64,000 bases of DNA from Tetramitus jugosus (lineage: Eukaryota > Protista > Heterolobosea), in assembly GCA_937625935.1 (NCBI GenBank), contig OW569387.1:186001-250000 (forward strand), read 5' to 3'. The notes beneath the pieces were generated by a model that was not told the origin of the DNA, ran no database searches, and saw nothing but the letters and a program-made list of their open reading frames with translations. Of this stretch, positions 45,765-56,028 are shown in pieces (position 1 is the first letter of the stretch; the number at the start of each line of letters is the position of its first letter). The translations under genes and the position numbers were made by a program.

Positions 45765-48700
45765 TTACACTGCACCAGTCTTGGTTACATCGGTGATTGG
45801 GACTGGGAATGTAGATGGATCTCTCAATCCAGTCTTGTAGGCAATATCATTGTACGACACTAACATTAGGGTAAAGTACGATGACGAAGTCGACGACAAT
45901 GTGAGTGGACTAGTGTAGACGTATGAACCTTCAGGACTTGCTTGGATATACAATCCCACCAAAGATGGTACTGCGCCAGTTACAGCACCCGCTGTTCTGA
46001 AGTTGTAATATTGAGGAGAAGCACCGTTAGCATACAACTTGTTAGAAGTACGAACAACATACTTCTCGGTTTGCAAACTCCACAAAGCAAATGAGGCAGT
46101 ATTTGTGGTTTGGAAATTGATCTTGGAACCAAAGTTATTACAAACAATCTGGAAGAGATTTGCTCTGTTGGTGGTTGGATTAAAGGCATTGCTGGTGTAT
46201 GTCATTTGAGTACCTTCAGCAGAAACGTACCACTGGGACGAGCCCGTGGAGATACCAACAATTTGACCACAGTAGGCATAAATATCGTATCCTTCTTGGA
46301 ATGTATCACTTGGCACGGAAGTATCAACCAAATCACAACTCTGAGATTGAATGGTGGAAACAACAGTGCTGAGTTGATTCCAATCGACAGACAAGGACAA
46401 GTCCTTATTGTATGACAAATCTCGGATGAGGTTCTTGGCAGATAGATTGTTCAAGTAAGGACCAACACCAATAGACATAATTCTCCAGTATCCATCAGAA
46501 TTACCTGGTTTCTTAGCATTGATTCTTCTGGATTCAGCCAACACATCACCACAAGGGTTGCACTTCAAAGGAGCAGCAGATGTACAATGATTACAGTCTC
46601 GAGCTGGGTATCTTGAACTTTGACAGAGTGCAGTGCTCAAATATGCAGCACCACTGGCACAGTTACTGCATGAACAAGGCATATTCGGCTCACCATCGAA
46701 AATTGTGATGATCATCTTTGGAACGTTCGCTCCTCTGCTATTTGTGCCCTTCAACATTCTTTCAGCACTGAGGACACCACTTCTAATATTAGTAGATCCT
46801 GCATAGAAATACAAACTATCGATAGCACTGTTGATTGTTGTTTTGGATGGTGATAGTGTCTGAACTTCGAATACACGATTATCAAACTGAACAATACCTA
46901 TTTGGGTTTGAGTCGGGCCGTTACCAATATCGAGAGGAGCCACAATCTGCTTGATAAAGCTCTTCATCAGATCGAAGTTGGTTTGACCAACAGAACCAGA
47001 TCCGTCAAGAACAAAAACAATATCAAGTGGTTTAACACACTTGCAGTTTTGGAATCTGACATCAAAAATGGCATATCCAACCTGGGCAGGATCTTGAACT
47101 GAGTGGAACTGGTATCTAAAACGTTGAGTTTGGCATTCAACAGATGTTTGGCTAAACTTCCATGTTCCAGCACTAGGGGAGGTTGGGCTCACATTACCAC
47201 AGAAACCATTAGCTGGAGGAGTAGCAGCGGAGCATCCATCAGCTGGACTGACATAGAATGAATCAAATGCCAAGGTACCACCGAGTGGATCATTATCATT
47301 CAACATAACCTGTACATCTGTCATTGTGAAGAAAGTACCTTCTTTGTGATCAACTATGATACTTCTACCAACAGCATTAAGTCCAGAAGTAGTAATGACT
47401 ACATAAACAGTGCGGATGACACTAGACATGTCAGGATCAGTGGTAGAAACCTTGATTTGACAATTGGCAGTCGAGTAAGTAAATGGACGAATCAAGGTCA
47501 TTACACCAGCCTGACTGAGAGTGATGGATTCAGCTCCTGTACATGTATGCGACTCAATCTTCAAAGTGAGTGCATCACCATCAGGATCAGAAGCACTGGA
47601 TGCAGTCAAATAGTTCAATGTGTGAGTTCTAGAATCTCTTCTGGCCAAAATGTTCCATGTGTAATCATTTGCAGTTGGAGGTTGGCTTGTAACAGTGATT
47701 GTTAGGGTGTTGCCTCCAGTGGCGCCAACTCCGTCTTTTCCAGTAAAAGGCACAGAGTAAGAAACTTTGACTCCAGTTGGGGCAACAAAGGTGAAGGTAC
47801 TTCCGGATAGACTCAAACCTGATGGTAGATTGGTAGCCGAGATGGCAACAGGATCAAGATTTGTGTCTGTGCAAACAACTGTAACACTTGCTGTTTTTCC
47901 CTTTGCCACAATGATCGATGCTGGCTGACAAACTGGGGCACTATTTGTAAATGTAACAGTGGCAGTTCCAACATTAGAGTTAACTAGACCATCACTGTAC
48001 ACATATTGAACTTGAATGCTAGCTGCAAAGTATTCAGGGATGGTAACATCAACATCGTTACCATTACCAGTCTTTTGACCTCCCGAGAGAATAGACAAGG
48101 TTAGTGGATCAGAGTCACTATCAACAGCTCCCACTGCCATCAACACATTGGGACCAGTCAATGTATATCGACTTTGTCCGTAAGTTCTGGAGATTACGAT
48201 ATTCTTGTTAGGAGCGACAGGAGCTACATTGGTAAAAGTGAGAGAGATTGTTCCTTGAGCAACAGCTCGACCATCAGAAATTGTGTAGGTGACAGTGAGA
48301 CTGCCAGTAGCCTTGATAGCATTACTTGGAGTGAGAGTAATGATTCCGTTCGACACAGAGTACATTGTTGAACTTAAACCAACCAATGTGCTCTGAACAG
48401 TCAAGTATGTCTTGTCAGCGCTGTCTGGATCGGTAGCGTCTGCTTGAGCAGTAAAAGAGTATGAAGGATTGGTTGACCAATGAGAAGTAAGAGAGTAAGA
48501 CTTTGCTGTTGGGGCATTGTTGAAGACCGTAATGGTTGCTTGTCCAACGTCAGTCTGAATACCATCGGAGACTGTGTACGTCAAGATTTCCACTCCTTCA
48601 AAGTTAGCGGGTGGTGTGTAATTGATAATATTTCCGGTTGAAGTGATTCTCGAAGCGGTAGAACCTTGGTTGGAAGTGATAGACATGACCGTGATTGTAT

Positions 48701-51700
48701 CAGAATCGGTTGTTGGAGTTTGAGCCACTACGTATGGAATATTTTTGCTTCTCCAGTGGACAGAATCCGTTACGTCCTTGGCCACTGGTGCTTCGTTTGT
48801 GACGGTGACTGTGGCAATCTGTTGAGCGATAGATGCTCCATCAGATACAGTGTAAGCAAAACTGAAGCTGTTTCCAATCAAGCTAGCAGGAGGAGTACCG
48901 GTAATCTTTGCTTGACCACTGGAAAGAACCACGGAAGCAGCAGACGAAGGGGTAACAGATCCCACAGAGTAGAGAGTTACCGTATCACCATTGACGTCAG
49001 TAGCTCCACTTACAACATCAAGAAGTGATCCAGTCTTGTAGGAAGCCCAATGAACTGAATAAGACTTAGCCAGTGGAACAGGTGCATCGTTAGTTACATT
49101 GACGTCAGCCAAAGCAGTGAAAGACTGAACTTGATCGGTAATAGTGTACGAGAATCGAATGTCACCTGATCCAACATAGTAAAGTCCATTAACAGGAGAC
49201 CCCAACTTATAGACAACCTTGTTAGAGGAGAGTGAAACAGTTCCGGTACCGGCTACAAGTGCAGCGGAATTCAAAGCGATCGGATCGCCATTGGCATCAC
49301 TAGCAGAGGTCAAAACATCAAATCCACCATAGGTGGTAGTTGTCAAGTCTCTCCAATGACGTTGAAGATTCATGTTTGGAGCAGTAGGAGCAGTATTAGT
49401 GATAGTGATGGTAACAGTAATTGTCTCAGTAGTGATGGTATCAGTGTAAGAAACTGCAAATTTGATAACACCAATGGTCTTTGCGACAGGCGTGTACGTA
49501 ACATTTTGTTTGTTGGCTTGGATGACAACAGTTCCTGTATACGTAGGGCTAGACAAAACCTTTGTGATGGATAGATTATCCTTCATGATACCTTCAGTGA
49601 GATTTAAGCTGACTCCGCTTTGAATATCTCTCCAATGGAACGAGTAGTACTTTTGGGATGCTTGAACGGAAGTGTACTTGACAGTGATTGCAATCGTGTT
49701 GGTCGAATTGTCGAGTCCGTCATTGACAATGTAGGTGAAAAAATCTGTTCCAACACAGTTGGCCTTGGGTTGATAATGAATCTTACCATCAACGATAGTG
49801 GCAGTTCCGTTGCCTGTTGAACGCTGAACTTCTTTGATGTTCAAGAATGCAACGTCTTCAGAATCCTTGTCAGTGGCCTTTGCGAGAACGTCAATGTCAA
49901 TGCCAGAGTTAATGTATTGAGGATCCAATTCGAATGCAATCGCAGCTGCGACAGGTGCATTGTTGTAGACAGAAACAGAGATAGCACTGGTGTTAGATGA
50001 AGCACCATCATCCAAAGTGTAAGTGAATGAAGCTGATCCCTTCTTCCAAGAGGAGGTACTTGAGAATCTCAAAGTAGAAGGAGAATCTGGTACGGTGTTC
50101 TTTGTAACAACACCATTGGTCGGATTAGTGTATGACAATGTCAAATCATCTCCATCCAAGTCCTTCAAAGTATTATAGACTGCAAACTCAGTGTAGCCTG
50201 CGGCTTGAAGAGTTCTCCAGTGAATGGTTCTTGAGATTGGAACTGTTGATGGTTTGTTCGCATTTGTAACAGTTACAGCAACAGTTGCAGGACTAGATGA
50301 TTGTTGAGCTCCATCAGTAATGCTATAAGGGAATGAACAAGTGCCCAACACTTCGTTAGCAGGAACTGTAAACTTGATGGTTCCAGCAACAGCATCGACA
50401 ATTGATGCACCTCCAACACTTGCAGGGGAGACTGACAAAGAAGATGACACAATTTTGATTGGATCGGAATTGGAATCAACGTCATTGGTGAGAACGTTGA
50501 AGGTTAGACTGCCAGTTCTCCAATGCAAACTGTATGCGTCATTGTTTGCAATAGGGCGAGCGTTGGTGACAGAGACAGTTACAGTACCTTCGGTCACCTT
50601 GTCCCAGTCCGAAACGTAATATTTAAATGTCTCAGTGCCAACAAATGGTTGGTTTGGTACGTATCGTACACCCAGTCTCCCACTTGCAAGAACAACAACG
50701 GTTGTAGCGCCATTTTGTGGTTGAGATACTGATTGAACATACAAAGTATCACCTTGTGCATCGGAATCATTGGCCAATACATCGATTGTTACACCCTCTG
50801 CAATTCTCCAGTGCACTGCGGCCGTATCAGCAGTGGCGACAGGAGCAGTGTTGACAACGGAAATGGTTACAGTAGCAAAAGCACTGGTATCAATACCGTC
50901 GGTGACACTGTAGGTAAATGAATCGACACCAACAAATCCGCTGTTTGGAACGTACAAGAACTTGTCGCCGGACAGGGTCAGTGTTCCACTGTTAGGTTGG
51001 GTGTAGGTAGAGATGCGAATGACATCACCATCGGCATCAGAATCATTAGAAAGTGGTGAAATTGAAACTGATCTATTCCAGAAGGTGGAGACAGCATCAT
51101 TTTGAACAACAGGTACGCTGTTCTTAATGTCAACAACAACGGTAGCAGTACCACTCAAACCGAGGTCGTCAGAAACAGTATAGGTGAAACTGACCTTTCC
51201 CACAGTAGTGTCAGCCTTGAATTGAACAGTCTTCTTATCAGGACTGATGGTGATGTCTGAGGAACCAGCATCAGGGTGAGAGACGAAAGTAATGATCATT
51301 GGGTCATTATTTGGTTCAACGTCATTATTCAAAACATCAATGGTAATGCTCTTCTTCTTCAAAACAGTTGCAGAATCATCCTTTGCAATAGGAGCCTCAT
51401 TGAAAACATTAATAGAAACAGTGGCAGTGGCAGTCTTGGACTTGGATGCTGTAGTAACAACATCTCTCACACTATAGGTGAAACTATCACCGCCAACAAA
51501 GGTTGCAGGAGCAGTGTATCGCAAGACCTTGCTGGATACCTTGGTTACTTTTCCTCCTTGAGCAGTAGTGATGGAACCGTCGAGAACAACTTCCATATCA
51601 TCACCATCAGCATCAATATCATTAGCAATCACATCAATGTTGACAAACTTGTTTCTGCTGCAGTTTGCAGAATCATCATTGGCAACAGGGGCAGTATTCA

Positions 51701-53042
51701 AAAGAACAAAGTTGATGAAACCAGTTGATTCATCATAGGAATCAGTGACTCTGAACTGAACAAAGTCATCAATATCACTTCCATGGGAAGGAGTGTAGAG
51801 AAGAGTGTAGTAGTAAGTTGGTACTTCGAACCAGGTCTCACCAGCGTACAAAACTTGCTTGATTTCCTTGGTTTCAACCAACTTGGCAGATCCATGACTT
51901 GATTCCTGGATGATATCGGCAGTCAAGATATCCAACTCATCAATATCAGAGAACTCGAGAACAATCTTGTTGTCAACAGTGTTCTTCACAACATTGACAG
52001 TCTTGTTCACAGCAACTGGAGCAGTGTTGTACACTTCAATGGTTGCAAATGAAGTACTGTTCAATGGCTCAAAATCACTAATTTGGTACTCAATACTGTC
52101 CAAGTATGGCTCAGTATCGGAAGAGGCCCAATAGCTGATCAGAGTACGGTTTGCATTCAACAAGGTGTTACCCTTGGAGAATCCAATATAGGTAATAGTG
52201 ATCTCATCACCGTTCACGTCATAATCGTTGGCCAACAGATCCAATGAGTGAACCAAATTCTTTCTCAAACGGAAGGAGTCAACTTGTGCCACTGGGGCAT
52301 CATTTCTCAAATGAAAAATCACAGTGCCATTACAAGTCTCATTTCTGTCAGTCACATGGTAAACCAGGGATTCACTGAGACTGAATTGATGAGCAGGAGT
52401 ATAATAAATGGTCTTGTTATCAAAGTTGGCTAATCCACTGACTGATGGTTGCTCAATGTTCAACAAGAACAATTCATCATTGTCCACATCGGAAATGGAT
52501 CTTCCCTCTTGTGAAATCTCAAACAGCTTGAAGGCATTGTTCTTGGAATTTCTAGAGACGGAGAACTCAAAATCAGTGCACTCTGGAGCACGATTCATGA
52601 CAGTCACATTGACATAACTCTTGGATGACAATTTGTCATTAGAGACAGTGTATTCGAACAAATCTTGACCAGAATAGACACCGTTGCCACGATAGGTCAC
52701 AGAGATTAAATCAGTGTTAATGGAGACAGTACCAAAGGTGGGTTGAGTCACCTTGGTAATTCTGAGCTTGGAACCCTTAGGGTCCTTGTCATTGTTCAAT
52801 GGATAAATGGTGAGAGAATCTGGCTTGAAAACAAAGACAGAGTCAGGTTTGGTCACAGGAGGTTGATAGCCAACTCCAGTACCAATCAGTATAACAGTGG
52901 CTATTGTAGCGGCTACGACCACACTTGTGACAACAATTCCAACAATTGTTTGACCCAATGTGCCGAGCTTGAGCAGGGAGACATTGGCAGCATTCATGCC
53001 AACTGTCTGCTGTGTAGACGAAATAATAACATTATCGTCCAT
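45765..53042 (-). CDS. Giant type II membrane adhesin-like protein: N-terminal TM, ~20 cadherin-like/Ig-like ~95-aa repeats, vWA domain, C-terminal beta-rich domain
   Basis: TM IVGIVVTSVVVAATIATVILIG; repeats NxAPVAxxD...NDxDxDGD...FTYxVxD; vWA LDIVFVLDGSGSVG (MIDAS), STNI, FDGEP; ATG in GCCACCATGG context. Confidence 0.9.
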   Translation of the reverse strand: MDDNVIISSTQQTVGMNAANVSLLKLGTLGQTIVGIVVTSVVVAATIATVILIGTGVGYQPPVTKPDSVFVFKPDSLTIYPLNNDKDPKGSKLRITKVTQPTFGTVSINTDLISVTYRGNGVYSGQDLFEYTVSNDKLSSKSYVNVTVMNRAPECTDFEFSVSRNSKNNAFKLFEISQEGRSISDVDNDELFLLNIEQPSVSGLANFDNKTIYYTPAHQFSLSESLVYHVTDRNETCNGTVIFHLRNDAPVAQVDSFRLRKNLVHSLDLLANDYDVNGDEITITYIGFSKGNTLLNANRTLISYWASSDTEPYLDSIEYQISDFEPLNSTSFATIEVYNTAPVAVNKTVNVVKNTVDNKIVLEFSDIDELDILTADIIQESSHGSAKLVETKEIKQVLYAGETWFEVPTYYYTLLYTPSHGSDIDDFVQFRVTDSYDESTGFINFVLLNTAPVANDDSANCSRNKFVNIDVIANDIDADGDDMEVVLDGSITTAQGGKVTKVSSKVLRYTAPATFVGGDSFTYSVRDVVTTASKSKTATATVSINVFNEAPIAKDDSATVLKKKSITIDVLNNDVEPNNDPMIITFVSHPDAGSSDITISPDKKTVQFKADTTVGKVSFTYTVSDDLGLSGTATVVVDIKNSVPVVQNDAVSTFWNRSVSISPLSNDSDADGDVIRISTYTQPNSGTLTLSGDKFLYVPNSGFVGVDSFTYSVTDGIDTSAFATVTISVVNTAPVATADTAAVHWRIAEGVTIDVLANDSDAQGDTLYVQSVSQPQNGATTVVVLASGRLGVRYVPNQPFVGTETFKYYVSDWDKVTEGTVTVSVTNARPIANNDAYSLHWRTGSLTFNVLTNDVDSNSDPIKIVSSSLSVSPASVGGASIVDAVAGTIKFTVPANEVLGTCSFPYSITDGAQQSSSPATVAVTVTNANKPSTVPISRTIHWRTLQAAGYTEFAVYNTLKDLDGDDLTLSYTNPTNGVVTKNTVPDSPSTLRFSSTSSWKKGSASFTYTLDDGASSNTSAISVSVYNNAPVAAAIAFELDPQYINSGIDIDVLAKATDKDSEDVAFLNIKEVQRSTGNGTATIVDGKIHYQPKANCVGTDFFTYIVNDGLDNSTNTIAITVKYTSVQASQKYYSFHWRDIQSGVSLNLTEGIMKDNLSITKVLSSPTYTGTVVIQANKQNVTYTPVAKTIGVIKFAVSYTDTITTETITVTITITNTAPTAPNMNLQRHWRDLTTTTYGGFDVLTSASDANGDPIALNSAALVAGTGTVSLSSNKVVYKLGSPVNGLYYVGSGDIRFSYTITDQVQSFTALADVNVTNDAPVPLAKSYSVHWASYKTGSLLDVVSGATDVNGDTVTLYSVGSVTPSSAASVVLSSGQAKITGTPPASLIGNSFSFAYTVSDGASIAQQIATVTVTNEAPVAKDVTDSVHWRSKNIPYVVAQTPTTDSDTITVMSITSNQGSTASRITSTGNIINYTPPANFEGVEILTYTVSDGIQTDVGQATITVFNNAPTAKSYSLTSHWSTNPSYSFTAQADATDPDSADKTYLTVQSTLVGLSSTMYSVSNGIITLTPSNAIKATGSLTVTYTISDGRAVAQGTISLTFTNVAPVAPNKNIVISRTYGQSRYTLTGPNVLMAVGAVDSDSDPLTLSILSGGQKTGNGNDVDVTIPEYFAASIQVQYVYSDGLVNSNVGTATVTFTNSAPVCQPASIIVAKGKTASVTVVCTDTNLDPVAISATNLPSGLSLSGSTFTFVAPTGVKVSYSVPFTGKDGVGATGGNTLTITVTSQPPTANDYTWNILARRDSRTHTLNYLTASSASDPDGDALTLKIESHTCTGAESITLSQAGVMTLIRPFTYSTANCQIKVSTTDPDMSSVIRTVYVVITTSGLNAVGRSIIVDHKEGTFFTMTDVQVMLNDNDPLGGTLAFDSFYVSPADGCSAATPPANGFCGNVSPTSPSAGTWKFSQTSVECQTQRFRYQFHSVQDPAQVGYAIFDVRFQNCKCVKPLDIVFVLDGSGSVGQTNFDLMKSFIKQIVAPLDIGNGPTQTQIGIVQFDNRVFEVQTLSPSKTTINSAIDSLYFYAGSTNIRSGVLSAERMLKGTNSRGANVPKMIITIFDGEPNMPCSCSNCASGAAYLSTALCQSSRYPARDCNHCTSAAPLKCNPCGDVLAESRRINAKKPGNSDGYWRIMSIGVGPYLNNLSAKNLIRDLSYNKDLSLSVDWNQLSTVVSTIQSQSCDLVDTSVPSDTFQEGYDIYAYCGQIVGISTGSSQWYVSAEGTQMTYTSNAFNPTTNRANLFQIVCNNFGSKINFQTTNTASFALWSLQTEKYVVRTSNKLYANGASPQYYNFRTAGAVTGAVPSLVGLYIQASPEGSYVYTSPLTLSSTSSSYFTLMLVSYNDIAYKTGLRDPSTFPVPITDVTKTGAV

Positions 53043-53716
53043 GGTGGCTTAAAGTACAAGGAGGAAGCTTCAGGTATTTGGACCAATGATATCAGTAGTG
53101 GTTGTGTTTGTTGTGATGTTAGGGAGGGAATGGTAGCAACAAGCCTCTCGCGAGATGTTAGTTATACGTGTCGTTGAGAGACCGCAGAACCCTTCCGGGG
53201 ATGTTGCCGCTCTTCCAGTTAAGGTGACGGGGGATGACCTACGGGGAAAACAACAGATCTGGACTCCTATTCTGAAGCGCGGAAGACACTTGACATAGTG
53301 AATCTCGCTCTACCAGATATTTTGCTTCGCGCTTCTTTGAGAGTTGGAAGGAACAAAATTACTTGTTGGATTGTGGCCAAACTGAGAAGGATATGTGATT
53401 CTATGTTGTTGACGTGTTCCGAATGATGAAGGATTGTCATGTCAAATGCTTTACGAACATTACATTACTTAGTGAACGGTACACGTGTAGAGGGCAAGGC
53501 TGTCAATGTCACGACACCACCTTAAGTTAGCTCATAAACCATCTTGTTGTCCCAAGCTGCATACCAGCTCTTCCGACCACTTGTCAGCTATAACCTTCGA
53601 TATGTCCTTATTCATCTTCTCTTCTTTGCCAGGTGAATTTGATTGTGCAACATCCTTGGTCCCAGTATAGGTGCATGTCAAGGCAAGAAATCTTCATCTG
53701 GGTTACAGATAGAGAA

Positions 53717-54421
53717 CTAACGCTTGAGCTGGTCGATTTGGGATTGAATAGTTTGGATTTGGGACAAGAGCTTCTTGCGTTGTAACCGCAAGTGTTCCTC
53801 CAGGTTTTCCAAGCCGTCCAATTGAATCATCTTCTGTGTCAACATTTCATCGCACATGATCAGTTGCCGCCTAATCTTTTGTTCTTGTTCCGCAACAACA
53901 GCAGATCCATGTTCTTCAATCTCAGTTTTGAGCTGAAAAACTTGGTTTTCAATTTGATTTACTTCTGTTTCAACTTGTGCCAAGCATTCGCTTGGTGTTA
54001 GCACCTTTTTCTTTGGTGGAACGACAGCAGCAGGCGGCCTGCTATTATTATTTGATTGTGCAGTTTCTCTTTGTTGCGCCATGTGAATGTCGCTCTCTGG
54101 TGTGCCAACTAGCTGTAGCTTTAGCTCACGATCCGCTTTCCGTACATGATTTTGCGCGGTCGTCCCCGACAATGATTTGGCTTGAAACATGGCCAAGGTC
54201 AACCGTGAATCATCAGAACAGCTCTTGACAACAGAGGTGAATTGACTCTTTGGCTTGAGACCCAAAATCTTTTGTTTCTCTAGTTGGATGCTTGTCTTGT
54301 GCATGAGCTCTTGCTTTAGCTGACGAATGGTTGCTTGTTCTGGCAGAACAAGGTCAAACAAGTGTTTTGAGCCACTGTAGCTCCAGGAAACAGAAACATG
54401 AATCATCATCGTTTGTGCCAT
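53717..54421 (-). CDS. BAG1-like Hsp70 co-chaperone (ubiquitin-like + BAG domain)
   Basis: Ubl: ATIRQLKQELMHKTSIQLEKQKILGL; BAG: EMLTQKMIQLDGLE...LRLQRKKLLSQIQ. Confidence 0.85.
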   Translation of the reverse strand: MAQTMMIHVSVSWSYSGSKHLFDLVLPEQATIRQLKQELMHKTSIQLEKQKILGLKPKSQFTSVVKSCSDDSRLTLAMFQAKSLSGTTAQNHVRKADRELKLQLVGTPESDIHMAQQRETAQSNNNSRPPAAVVPPKKKVLTPSECLAQVETEVNQIENQVFQLKTEIEEHGSAVVAEQEQKIRRQLIMCDEMLTQKMIQLDGLENLEEHLRLQRKKLLSQIQTIQSQIDQLKR

Positions 54422-54632
54422 TGTGAAAATCTTGTTATTCTTAACGTGCGGGCCTTGTGTTTGTTGCTTTGAGCCAAGATCTCTCTTGTTGTTTCATGTT
54501 GGAGTCATCCTTGCGTGTTCTGGTTCGTGTTACTCCGTTTGCGGGGATGATAATTTTTCCGAAAGGGGAGAAACAATTTGAAGGAAAAGGCTCCTTGATT
54601 ATGTCACAAAAAAAGCCAAACACAACCATCAG

Positions 54633-56027
54633 ATGATTAGCTTTGAGGATATCTTCGCCAATCGAGCAACTTGCTTGAATAACAATCCAAAACTAGATTA
54701 TATCGATGTGTTCGTCAGGAACGATGTCGAAGCCTCAGGAAAGCTCATCAAGAGTGGCAACGACTATTGCATTGTACCAAAGGCTGAATTCAGCCTGATT
54801 GGAACCAAAATACCTTTTAAGAATGCCTGTAGATCCCTGAATCAATTCCTGGAATACATGAAGGAGTTGGAGAAGTCTGGTTGTTACTACTATCAGCTGT
54901 CCTTTGGAGAGAACCGTGTTGGGTACGAAGCAAGAGTAGAATTTTGGAAAAATTCATCCTTTAAGCCTAAAGTCACTATTGGTCAAAGTAACATTGGAAC
55001 TCCTGTTAAGAAGGAGTCGGCAGCCTCAGAATTCACCCTTTCCTCATTCAAGGATGAAGCAAAGGACAAAAAGATCGTCATGAATTCACCTAGTGCTAAA
55101 TACAATGGAGGAACTGATTCCTTTGCCAATCACCACTCTAATGGTCAAGATTACGGCTCCAACTCTTTCATATCGAACAGTGCAGATTTCCAAGATAGAA
55201 AGAGCATTGTCACACCATCAAGCTCTTATGCTTCAATCCCTTCTTACTTGAACTCTTCAATAACTCCTTCACCATCTCAGAGAAGCTCAACAGGATACAA
55301 CAGTTTTGGCTCCTCATTCAATGCATCGCCTGATTACTCACCTCAGGTCTCAAAACCCAACGTACAACAATCTACTTGGACTAATAGACAAGCCGAGTCC
55401 ATCTTACAAAAGGAGCCAGAACACTCTAATGTGTCCCAGATGTCTTCAACGTCAAGTCCATCATCCAACATATTTCAAACATCATCCCGCAAAAAGACAC
55501 CAAAGACCTCTGAGCAATACGAATCGCCAGTGGTGATCAACAGAGCCCCAATTCGATTCGATGAAAAAGATGAGAGTCCGCAAAGGGATCAAGGCAGCTT
55601 ATTCGAGGCCAATCAACAAAAACTGCGAGCTATACGTGAAAGATCAGAACTTGAAGCTCTCAAGCGAAAGATGTCACACATGGAAAAGCATCATGCTGTC
55701 GAGCTGAAGAAAAAAGAAGAAGAAGCGATATCACTCACTCTTCAACTCGCTCAAAGTACCCAAACCATTGAACAATTGAAAGAAGAGCTCGAAAAACAAT
55801 GGAACATGATCTCTACACTCACAGACAATTTGAAGAAGATGGAGACAAAATCCTTGGAGGAAGAGAAACAGAGAAATCTAGCAAGTGACAAAAAGAATCT
55901 CTCTCCCAAGCATAGAACTGATTACTTCAAGTATTCAGGATGGATTGTCTCTCTGGTTGTCATCTTGTCACTCCTTCTCTTCCGCCAGTCCAATCTTCCA
56001 ATGACAACATGGAAGCAACGAACATAA
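54633..56027 (+). CDS. Hypothetical tail-anchored coiled-coil protein
   Basis: Globular N-terminus, S-rich linker, coiled coil, C-terminal TM WIVSLVVILSLLLF. Confidence 0.8.
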   Translation: MISFEDIFANRATCLNNNPKLDYIDVFVRNDVEASGKLIKSGNDYCIVPKAEFSLIGTKIPFKNACRSLNQFLEYMKELEKSGCYYYQLSFGENRVGYEARVEFWKNSSFKPKVTIGQSNIGTPVKKESAASEFTLSSFKDEAKDKKIVMNSPSAKYNGGTDSFANHHSNGQDYGSNSFISNSADFQDRKSIVTPSSSYASIPSYLNSSITPSPSQRSSTGYNSFGSSFNASPDYSPQVSKPNVQQSTWTNRQAESILQKEPEHSNVSQMSSTSSPSSNIFQTSSRKKTPKTSEQYESPVVINRAPIRFDEKDESPQRDQGSLFEANQQKLRAIRERSELEALKRKMSHMEKHHAVELKKKEEEAISLTLQLAQSTQTIEQLKEELEKQWNMISTLTDNLKKMETKSLEEEKQRNLASDKKNLSPKHRTDYFKYSGWIVSLVVILSLLLFRQSNLPMTTWKQRT

Positions 56028-56028
56028 A

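Noticed and set aside
53232-53275. C/D-box snoRNA-like GGATGA...CTGA and rRNA-primer-like CCTACGGG
   Set aside because: Too short, imperfect C box, no terminal stem, no extended rRNA similarity
53530-53680. Minus-strand peptide PGKEEKMNKDISKVIADKW resembling an HMG-box helix
   Set aside because: No first helix or credible gene model; a short match could be chance
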